IMG/VR virus record: IMGVR_UViG_3300045988_019905
Origin: a virus
Direction: 5' to 3' (one strand)
Length of the DNA stretch: 64,000 nt
The notes under the pieces were generated by a model that was given only the letters and a program-made list of their open reading frames with translations, ran no database searches and was not told the DNA's origin. Made by a program: the position numbers and the translations under genes. Positions 25,778 through 37,900 of this stretch are shown in pieces (within the stretch, counting starts at the first letter, position 1; every line of letters begins with the position of its first letter).

Positions 25778-25850
25778 GTTGTTCAAAACGACAAAGAAAA
25801 CGGCAAGGCGAGCCGGAAAACCGCCAAAAAGCAATAGTTTAGTAATAGAA

Positions 25851-25907
25851 AAGCCCGTAGGCTGATAGGATAGTAGTATCTTATCAGTTCTACGGGCTTC
25901 TTTTTTT
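25851..25907. terminator. bidirectional terminator at the convergence point
   Basis: AAGCCCGTAG (25851-25860) pairs with CTACGGGCTT (25890-25899). An inner CTGATA pairs with TATCAG. T7 follows on the + strand and TTTTC on the - strand. The arms carry the GCCCGTAG core. Confidence 0.8.
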
Positions 25908-25928
25908 ATCCGCACTTAGACCTGTATC

Positions 25929-28900
25929 TTATTTCCCATTAACAACCCATTCAGCAATAGATTGAGTAGGAATAATACCAAGCATATTTTCAGTCAGTTT
26001 ATAATACTTATTATTTTGGTCTAATTGCATTATACGATTAATTCCACGATAAATAGGAATTTGTCTCTTAACATAAACTGAAAGTTTATTCTCACCTTTA
26101 TACAGACCGGTGGTATAATTAGGATTGAACTCATCTCCTTCAATAAAATACTTAGCAATAAAACCAAATGCAGACTGTACATCTTTGAATGATTGACCTA
26201 AAGCAACAGGACTTGACCAAAGTTTATCAAATTCAGATACAGCACCAATGTTATACATAATAGTTTCAGAAGATAAACGGTCTGCTTGATAAAGAGCAAG
26301 ATTAGCTATAATCTTAGCAGCTTCATCATCATCGTCAGCAGCAATTAATGCACAGCTTGCAGCAATACCACCGAGTAGACCATAAGCAATACCAGTAAGT
26401 TCCCCTAAAGCTCTACGAACATTAGCTCGTTCAGCATTTGACATTGTGGCATAATTAAACTTGTAGTTTAAGAAAGTATCAATAAATGCTCTACAAACTT
26501 GTTGTACACCAGCAATGAAAATATTAGTTCCATCATCGTTAGCTTTAGCTTTAGCTCTATCGCCAATACCTTTAAATTCGGTAGTAGCAAAATCCCAAAG
26601 ACTAACATAGAAACCACGTTCAATACTTTCACGACTTTCGTTATAATAACCATTATTACGGAAGTGTTTAAGAGCACCAGTATAAATATGTTTATGATAC
26701 TGCATAAGCAAACTACCAAATACCCAAGAAGATTCTATACGTGCACCACCAAGACGGTCATATACACCATGAATCTTTTTATTGACTGATACAACTTTAC
26801 CTTTGAAAGCAGCAAGTTTACCTAAATCTACAAGACTATCATCTTTAAGTTTAGCATAACCATCTTTCAATTCAAATTGGTCAATAAGTTTTGGAAGAGT
26901 ATCAAACTCTTTCTTAGCTTCTTTTGTAAGTTCATTTCTTACTTCTGCATATCTTAGCCCATAAGTCTTATCACTAAGACTACGTAGAAACTCTGTATTG
27001 ACATCTTTCTTAAACCAAAGATAATCTTTAAGTCTATTCTTATCTTCTTTAACACGATTGATAAATTTAGCATAAAGTTCTTCAAGTTCAGTATTACCTT
27101 CAATAACTTTACGAAGCGCAACATCTTCAAGCATACGATTATAATTATGGAAGTCTCCTATAACAATCTCTCCTTTCTGATTCTTATAGACTCTATTACT
27201 AATCATCATAGCAATCATAGCAGTGTTTTGCATGAAATGCTCACCAGCACTTTGAGGACTATAAGCAAAGTTACGCATCTTATTAATTATCTCAATAGCA
27301 TCAACAGTACGTGCTGTTTCACGAATACCATTATAATCAACAACACCCATCAGTTTAATAATAGCATCAGTAAGATTATTACTTGTATCACTTCCCATAT
27401 TAGTAAGGAAAGCAGGCATAGCTTTAACATAATAACCAAACTTAGCATTTTCCCAATCAGCATGATTGAAGTATTCGCCAGCATAACGTTCCATAAATAT
27501 ATTAGTAGCACCAGTAAGAACGTTACCAATACCACCGGTAATATTGAACATCATATACTTAGCACTTGCTATGTTCTGTCCAACAGCAGCAAATTTATCC
27601 CATGTATTTTTACCTTTATACTCATCAAAAAGGAAACGTTTAGACCATGTTTCGATAAGGTCAATAGTCCTTTGAGGAACTTGTGTCTTATAGACTTTTC
27701 TATCTTCAGTAGAAGTTCTTCTATCTACTGCAAGATTATTAAAACCTGTAAGACGATAAGCTTGCGCTTGAGTTCTCATATATTCAAGAAGATAATAAAG
27801 GTCAAGTTTAGTCTGCGTTTTAGCATTAGCTTGAATAGCACCTTTAATGAACTCCTCAAATACAGATTCATAATCCTTATCCATAAGTTGAACATCTATC
27901 TTCTTGTTATGTTCAATAGCTTCTTCGTTACGCTTTTTAATATCTTCTACACGAGCTTTGTAATCTTCATCAGATTCAGTTAGACCTTGTTCTGGTATCT
28001 CTTCCAGCTTACGATAAGACTTATCTTTCAGTTGAGCAAGAAGTGGTATATTAGTTTCACGGTCATATTCATAACCAATATTATCACTAATATGTCTATC
28101 AGGGTCAAGACTTTGTCCAAATCCAATAGCATTAAATGCAGCTTTAACAGTATTACCAAAGTTAGCTTCTACTCTTCTTCTACGGGGGAAAAGCCCTTTG
28201 GAAACAAACGACATAGCAGTATTATTATCTTTAGTTAAATCATAAAGCATATTCTGCATTAAACCACGAATATTACGTTCATATTCATTAGCGGTATCGG
28301 CTTTACGATATTTATCACTACCATTATAATTAGCAGTATATCTATTATAATTAGGATTAACTGTATTTGGAAGCGGTTTACTACGAGTATTGTTATAAGA
28401 CGGAGCATAGTTTCTTGCGTTACCACTTTCATCTTTAACTTGAATCGTAGTCCAAATACGAATTGGTTCCATTTTACCAGTAAGAGGATTAAGTATATGA
28501 TTAGCATCTTCAAACTCTTTAAGTTTACCAGCTTTTATAGCATCTTCACGAGCTTGCCAATAATAACTTGTAGGAACAAATTCAACATTCTCATTTAAAA
28601 ACTTAAGAGCTTTAGAACGTTTCTCATCAACATAATCCTTATTAATAACATTACCATTATCATCAAGTTTAGGAGTAACATAACCGAATATATCACTATT
28701 AGGTTCATTAGTATATCCTATAAAGATTCCATTCTCATCATAATTTTTAGCATTAGCTATTGTTCTCCATGCAGCAAAGAACTCTTTACCTTTCTGTTTA
28801 GCAGCATCTTCATCAATAGCATAAGTAACTTTATCAGTATGGAACTCAACTTCTTCTTTCAAGAACTTCTTAACTTTCTCGTCTTTACGATGTAGACGTT

Positions 28901-31900
28901 TAGTTTCATCAAGTCTATCATAAAGTCCGCTAAGTTCACGTATTTGGTCTATTGTTAAATCAGATAGTTTAATCTTACCTGTATTAGGATTAAGAGCATC
29001 TTTAAGAATATCATTAATCTCTTTTACAATAGCATTACGAGTATGACTAACTACTGGACTTGGAGTTGTAGCACTACTAAATCCAGCATAGAACTTCTTA
29101 CTATATATTTCAGTAATAGGAGCTTTATTACGAAGAAGTTTAACTTCTGCCGAAGTACCATCATTGGCACGATTAGCAATTTGAGCTTCTTGTTCTTTCT
29201 TGATAGCTTCAACTTGCTTTTCAGTAAATTGACGACCATCAATAACTCCATAATTATCATAAGCTCCATCTGTATGTTGAATTATACTTCTGAATTGAGG
29301 ATTCTTTTCTTCTTTACCATCATTGAAAACAGCAAAAGCGTCATTAATAGCCGCTTGAAGTTTCTCATCAATTCTATAATAAGTATTTTCATTCAACCAT
29401 TCAACAGCACTTGCATATTCATCTATTTGGAGAAGAGCAGCTTCATTTTCAATCTGACGACCAGCACTATCAAAATGTTTATATTTATTAATAATACCAA
29501 GATAATGTTTTAAATCTTCTGCAAATCCCTCACGAGTTTCACGTTCAAAGAAAGCTTTTTTAATCTTAGTAACTTCATCAATATAAGCTTTTAAACTAAT
29601 AGCTCTATTATAATCATTTTGAGATTTCCATTCACCAGTATTAAAATCAATATGATTCTGCATCTCTCTAATTTCAGAACCAAGACGTTTAATATTAGCA
29701 TTATCTTCTTCTGTACGATTACCTTTGAATATTCTCAATAAACGATTACGTTCATCATTCAGTCTAAGATACTTGATATAATAATCAATATTATAATCAG
29801 TTAGCATCTTAGCTTCATTCTCAACTTTACGTCTATAATATTCAGGTACATAACGTTGTTCAGCATTATCAAGATACCATTGCTCTTTTTCATGTCTTGC
29901 TCTTAGATATTCACGGCTATATTCACCATATTTATCTTTAGCTTCTGCAACTTTCTTATTAATCTCACGTTTATCATTAATAAAATCGTCAGTATAATTG
30001 CTAACAAATCTACCAGTTACTGGGTCAACAATATGATTCCAATCAATAGACTTACCAGCTTTAGCAGCATCGGCTTTAATAGTAGCAAGTTGTTTCTTGT
30101 AATTTCTTACATATTCGTCTCCTTCAAACATAAGTTTATCAATCTTAGTCTTAGCTTGACGGAGAATGATTTGAACAATAGGATAACTAAGTTCTTGAGC
30201 ATCTTGGAATAACCAATCAAGAACACTCGCATCTTTAAGTATATAATTAGTTATATTAGAAAGTCCTTTATCAAAGTTAGGATTAGTACTAAGAGGTTTA
30301 AATATCTTTTCAGCAACAACTTCAAATCCCTCTTTAAGTATAGGATTATTCTTAATATTATTAATAGTTTCCTGAATACCTTTTATATTACGTCTGGTAG
30401 TATCATCTACATTGTCAGTCGCAATTTGATTAATAAGAGGAAACGAATTACCAAATGTACTTGCTTGTAAAACAAGACTAATATAATCATTACGTAGTTG
30501 CTCATTAGCTTGTATCATCTCAATAGTATAAGAACTAACAATGCTATGACTATTACCCTCATTATCTTTCATAAAGTCATTAAGACGACGTTCAATTTCA
30601 TGAGCTTTAGTAATGTAATATTCAGAAGCACGCTTAATAGTATCTTGTTTACGTTCTTCTATACTTGCTATCTTAGATTCATCTACTCCATATTTAAGAA
30701 TATCTTCATATGCAATAGAAGCATTTTCATCCGAGCTAACACGAGCACGAGTTTTAATATCAAGTAAGAACTGTTGAGCAAGATTACCAAGTTTAGATAT
30801 ATTAGTAGATTCAATATCCATATCAATAGAACTTGCGTGTTCTACATCTTCTGCATTCTTTTCTACTTCAATCGTTTCAGCTTCTTTATATGGAGTAATA
30901 AGATAAATACTATCAGTAGACTTAACTCCATTACGCTTAGCAAGTTCTAATCCTTCAAGTTGAGCATCATCTGATATTTTCTTATTCAGTTTAACTGAAC
31001 GACGACTTATCAGATAATCTCTTTCAACACCATTATTATCTACAATAGTTTGTCTTGATTGAATATTCAGTGTACCAAATGCTTGTTTAAGTGTTTGACT
31101 ACCATTCCAAGCCCAGTAAACTTTAGTATTAGGATTAGCAAATTTATCATTAATTCTACGAATAAGATTACGTACAGCAGCATCTTCTGATGATATAGTA
31201 GCAATGAAATTCTTATCAGTAGGAACTATTACTTCTTTATCAACAGTAGGTTTCTTATATTTATAAGGTTCTATACCTTCTTTAGTAAATAGTTCATTCT
31301 TTTCTTCTGCAAGACGAGAGAACGGCATAAGCTTATCACGACTCTGTTGAATAATAGCTTCATAATATCTTGCAGCAGGATACTTATTATTAAGAGGATT
31401 AGAACTAAATTCACCATGTTCATTAGCTTCAAGTTGATTCAATGGAATAAGGTATATCTCTCTGTTATTACCCTCTCCATAAATAGCAACTTTATATAAA
31501 GTAGAAACTTTATTTCTAACTATATTAATATAATTAGTAGCTAATACAGTTTTAGTCTTTCCAAGTTTATCAGTAATATCTCTAACAATTCTAATCTCTT
31601 TAGCAAGTTCTGTATCTTTCGCAGTACCAAGATTGAAATAATACATCTTTTGACTGTTAGGGAGATACGTAAGATTAGACTTACCTTTATTGAATCTTAC
31701 TCTATAAGTAGGAATCTGTGGTATATTAGAATGACTACGAATATAATCTTCGTAGATATTGTTAGCAACAAGTTCTTTATCAGATATAGCACTAACGCCA
31801 AATCTAATACTATCAATAATTCCAGTACCACCGTCTTCGCGAGAAGTATAAAGAGCACTATTTTTAATGACTTTACTAACATTGCCACGACGGAATTGAT

Positions 31901-34900
31901 AACCCTCAACAACAAAAGCATATTTAATAATATCAATAGCAGTTAATCTAATAATAGGATTAGTATTATTAAAAGCTGCATCAAACATCTTATATACACT
32001 TTCCATGTCTTGTTGTTGGTCGTCAAAACGAATCACTTGACTACTAATACCACGAGTTCTAAACTCATAACCGTTAAATAGATTAACATTAAGACTATTA
32101 AAAATAGTACGTTGACTTCCACTTAAATGACGTTGTACAAAATGTACTTTTTGAGCAGGAGTAAGTTTAGAGAAAGCATTAACTTCTTCTTGTGTAGGAT
32201 TAGCAACATTAGCTATGTTAATATCATAGTTAATATCGTAACCAAATCCATAGATTCTTCTCTCTTCATCCTCTACGGGGGAACGTCCCTCTGATTCTAC
32301 TTTACTTGCTGTTAATATATCTACTGCAATATTACCATTTCTTTCAAGTTCAATAGGCTGTGATATAATAGCAGAATTATTCTTATACATATGTTCAAGA
32401 ACATACTTCTTAAAATCATTATAAAGTTTCTCATTAACAGTTCCACCAAGATAATTCTGAATACTCTTAATAGCATTAGTGAAAGCATAAGATTCAGTTT
32501 CAAATAAACCTTGATTAATAAGAATACTTGGAACTGTACTATATCTTAAGAATCCATCAAGTATTGGATAAGCACTATCTTCATTATTAGACGACAAGTA
32601 AATACTTGGCATGAAAGCTCCTTCTTCGGTAGCAGCAGTAATACCCGGATAAATAGCTTCAAGCAAAGGCTTATCTTTTACTTTAAGACGAGCAGCATCA
32701 TCACTACTAAGTATTGCACTTATATCATCAATAACTTTACGTGTACTAAATATAGTTTGTTTAGCTCCAAATTTATCAGGATTAAGTACTTTAACATGAT
32801 TAGCTATAATACGACTATAATCATTAATATAATTAAAGTTAAGTATAGCAGCTAAATCTATTAGTAAAGTAGATTCATCGTAAAGACCAGCATTTTGTGC
32901 TGCAAATCGTTCTTCAATAGTTGGAACGTCTATTGTAAATACATCAGCATTATCTCTATTATCAAAGCTAATAGTACTATTAGGATACATCTTAGCAAAC
33001 TCTTCTCCGTATTGTTGTTGAAGAGCTGTCATAACTTCCGTGATATTATTGTTATCAGTAACTACTTCATTACGTACTTTAACTCCTAAATCATGAGCAA
33101 CACGTTTAATTGCTGTATGAATAGGATTATAATTACCACGAACAAATACAGATTGAGATTCATAATAAGCCTCAACTATTCTACTAACACCTGGCTGACG
33201 AAGCCAAGCCATAGCTGTATAAGCATCACAACCAATATCAAATAGAGTTTTAAATGCAGCAAACGTATATTCATTCTCATTCTTAATAGCTCCTTCTTTG
33301 ATAGCATCAAGAATATGAGCGGTAGTATGAGAACTTGCAACTGTAATGTAGTCACCTACTACGTTCTTATTGTTTTTACTATTTCCTATTCGGTTATGAT
33401 AGACTATGCCATCTTTGACAGGAAATGCCTGAGCAGCAATATCAAGATTAACTCTATTACCATATCTTACTCTAATAGGAACACTAAGTTCAGCTTTAGC
33501 AACATTGAATACAGAGTTACCTGTATCGCGAGCAACACTAAATGCTTTCAATGTAGCACCTCCCATAGCATTTCTATGGAATTGAATCTGGTCAAAAAGA
33601 TTATAAACGTTTCTTTGTTTAGCACCAACAGCATCAAGTTTATCAAGAGCTTTATTTGCAGCAGTAATATCATCAAAGTTACTACGAGCAAGATTCTCTT
33701 CGAGACTTGATTTATCATTCATGATAGCAATCATACTATCAACGATACGATTGTTTCGAGCGCGACGGTTATTTTGGTCTTCAATAGGAAGCTGTTTAAA
33801 TTCCTCATAAGTAGGTAATCCAAAAGCAACAGCACGTTCATTAATAATATCTCCGAATTTATCTCTTGATAATTCTTTAATATCATCTATTGTAAGACTA
33901 TTAGCATTATCATTAATACGTCTGAACATATCTCTTTGTTCAGCAATAACGTCAGCTATTCTACTATACTTATCATAGAACTGTATAAATGCTGGATTAT
34001 CTCCATATAGTCTACTATAAGTAGGCATAATAGAAAGGAGTCCACTAACTCTATCAGCAAACTTCAATTCTTTATTACGAAGAAAACCATCAACAATAGG
34101 TTTAAATTCATCAGGCAATTCATGATAAGTATCACCCTCATCAAGAAGTTCTTTTACTCTCTTTTCAAGATAATCTTCTAAATCTTTATTACTCTTACGA
34201 ATAACTTCAAAATATTTATCTTTAATAGATTGTTTAGTATCTCTATCTACTTGAAGCATATCTCGTGTTATACGTTCTTTATCAGAATTTCTAAGAACAT
34301 GAGATACATATCTTCCATAAGTAGCAGCTTCAGCAGTACTATCGCTAAATTCTACTTTATGAATACGACCATCTTTACCAAGATAAGTCTCATAGGCAAT
34401 ACCATAAATAGAGTCAACGTCAAAGTCAGAACCAGTCTGTGTTACCCATTCATCTGGAACTACAATAGTACTTCCCATCCATTCAGGTAGAAAACCTACA
34501 ACTTTCATAACAGCCATAGACTGTTTACCCTCTGTTGGAATACGATAACCAATACATTTAAGAACTTCTTCATCAATATCTTCAATACGAATCTCTTTAA
34601 CAAGATTACCATTTTCATCATATTGATTGAACATAGCTTTTGCCCATTTAGGAAGAAGTATTTCTACTTCTGAGCCATCTTTATGATAGCCAAGTTCAAC
34701 ACGTTCACCAGTATCAGTTTCAATAGTTTCACCAGCTTTAAGTTGTTTACTCTTTTTAATAAGTCCATCAAGACCAACACTTGTTACTTGAGCAGCGTGC
34801 CATCCAGGAAGTTTTTGTCTTGTAATAAACTTATTAAATTGACTTTGAGCAATACTCTCAATTTTACTTGAGACAATATTCATATAATTAGGCATGACCG

Positions 34901-37900
34901 GACCAGCATCACCATTCTTAACAGAAAGATAATCAATAGTATTACTATCAAGTCCAAGACGAGCAGCCTCTACCATCGCTAATTTATAAATACGAGTATA
35001 ATCAACTTTACCGTTATTGTCTCCTATAATACGATAGTTCCTATCAAACTTAATACCATACTTATCCATAAGAGCATTAAAGTCCTCACGGATATTAGCA
35101 ACATAAGCTTTAATAAAATTATTCTTATGACTACTAACAGCAGCTTGGCTATTATCAAGTATCTTTTTCATTACTTGAATACCAGCTTTATTCTGTGCAT
35201 CAGTAATATGTTGAGGAACATCTTGTTGCTTATAAAGATACATATAACTGAATGGTTGTTTAACCTTTATAGCTTTCTCTTTAAATGCAGCAAGATTATC
35301 AGGAGTTACAACTCCTTCATTATCCCAATAAGTAAGTACATCATAATTAGCAGCTTTACTTGTTTCTTGAGTATTAACTTGGTCAATATCATTTTCTATC
35401 ATGAAATTGGCAAGTTCTCCTAAACTTGTTCCCTCAAGGAATTTAGGTACAAGAACAAACTCTGCATTCTTAATTTGACGAGGAAGATGTCTACCAAAAC
35501 GATTATTATAATAATGGTCATAGTAGAAGTTCTTCATTACCTGTATGAACGCTTGTAAATCATTAGGATTAATCTGATTAACATCAGTAGTAGCATCAGT
35601 AAGTTGCTTAATAAGTTTAGCATACTTAGGATATTCTCCTAATATCTTAAGACGACGAGCAGCTTCATATATAGTAATATAAGATTGAGCGTCATTAACA
35701 GTTGTAGTCGTAGCACTTGTTTCACCCTCATTCTCTTCAGGAACATAACCAAAACCTTCAGCAATTTCTCTTGCTTTATCTTTATTAGTTCCAGCTTCAA
35801 TAAGTTTATTATAAAGCATATTACGGTTAGTACTTGGACGAATACTATTCTTAATAGTAACAGCATTCCAACCAGTTCTAAGAGTTACAGCTTTACCGTT
35901 AGGGAATTTAAGAGCTTCATCTCCAACAGAAAGATAAGTACCAGCTACTTCATTAACTGATTGAGTAAACGGACTATCGTTCTCTTGAACAACCTTATAA
36001 TTAGCTATTGAATAACTTGTACCACCAGCTTGACTTTCCTTAGCACGTTTAAGGAATGTTTGAGGGTCTTTATAATACTTACTATTTCCTTCAAATAAAT
36101 CATCAAAATTAGCAAAATGAAGATAAGCATTAAGACCATATTCTGTAATCTCATAATCAGCAATACCCTCAAGGAAAGAACCAAACTTATTATGAGTCTC
36201 TCTAACAAAGTATTGTTGATAAGCATCAATCCATTTAGTAACAATATTATCAAGTTGGTCTTCAACATTTGCATCAAAAGTTATAGATGCAGACGCATTT
36301 GCAGATTCAGAATATCCTGTTAATTGTATGCCCCCCGTAGAGGATGTGGAGGCAACAAGTTCATCCATAGCTTGCTCAACATTATAACCAACAGTACTAT
36401 CAAGTTTAGTAAACTTAAAAGCATTACCAGTAAGTTTACCTTTATCTCTAATACCCTTTTTAGGATTATAATGAAACCATTCAACAAGATGTTCTTTATC
36501 ATTATGCTCAACATCATAAAGAGCTTTATAATAATCAAACAGTTCTCCTTTTAGAATATTAAGGAAACCATTATAAAGAGGATGACTCTTATTAATATTA
36601 CGAGCTTCGGGATGATTAGTTTTAAATTCTTCTTCTACTAATTGAGTAATAGCAGAACGATATTCACTAAGTTCATCACTGAAAATAGCTTGCCCTTGAT
36701 AAGTAGGATTCTCTATATAATAACTACCTTTACCGTCATCACTAAGAATACCACTGAAATAATGATATTGATAGCCCTCATTAGGTTTACTGATAACATA
36801 AGCAATAGTTTGACGTTCTCCAACTTTAGGTTTAAGATTAAGAACTTTAGCAGGACTTGTTTTAATACGTTCAGGAGTATTCATAACAAGATTAACTACT
36901 TCGTCAACAGAAGCATTCATTGCATTGAACTTAGTAAGTTGTTCATCTGCAATACTTAAATCAGCTACTTTAATAAGTTCATTAATTCTAAACTTAGTAT
37001 AAGCAGTCATAGCCGCTTTATCATAATTCCAAAGACCATCAGTAGAATACTTAGGCATACTTACTGCAAAGTTCTTAGGAGCATCTGAAGGGATTCTCAT
37101 TAAGAAAGGAGCAGTTTCAATTTGACGACCATTAGCAGTAGCAGTATTATATTTCTTATAAGTTTGAAGCTTTTTATGATAAGCATAAAGACCTACAAGA
37201 TAATAGTCACCGTCAGACATCTTGGTATAGTCAGCATTAGTACCAGCTTGTTGATTACTTACTCCATTAAGCAGATAAGGACTAATAAGTTTTTCTGCAT
37301 AAGGACTAAGTTCATATTCTCCATTAGGTTTAATTCTAAATAAACCAACTATGCCTTGTTCCGGTCTATCAATAAGAATATTACTATAAGCATATTCTGT
37401 AGATTTAAGTTTCTCTTTAACCCAAGCATTAAGAACATCTCTATCTCCACATATCTTAGCAATATTAGTAATGAAGTTATTATAGATAATATCACTATTA
37501 AGATTGCCTTCAACATTACGAGAATTAAGTTCAGCTTTAGAATATACATAAGGTTCAATAGCTTGAGCTATATTACCAAGTACTTCATCAGCTCCACGAA
37601 GATATTCTCCATCAAATTTAGGAAGTTCTTTCTCTACATATTTAGCATCTGTAACACCAGCCATTTGAGCTTGCTGATAATCAGCAAATCTTCTTCTGTT
37701 TTCTCTTTGTACTTCTCTATATTTAAAGTCTCTATCTTCCTTTTCAGCAAGACTTTGTTTTGCAGCACTATTAACTGTACGAAGATAACTAATAAGCTTA
37801 TCAACATTATCATTACGATGAGTGGCTACTGTTTGATTATTACGTTCAATGTAATTATCAATAGCTAACTCGTTCATACTTGGAAAGTATGTCTTATATA

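Noticed and set aside
26399-26420. Degenerate motif-like strings: GTTCCCC..CTCTACGAAC (26399-26420), TAGGGGGAG (39606-39614), TACGGGCAGGCGAAC (52521-52535) and CTACGG / TTACGGG (55266-55285).
   Set aside because: Each lacks either the C/G run or the GTAG core, so they were not counted as copies. They should be re-evaluated with a quantitative model, because they affect the orientation statistics.
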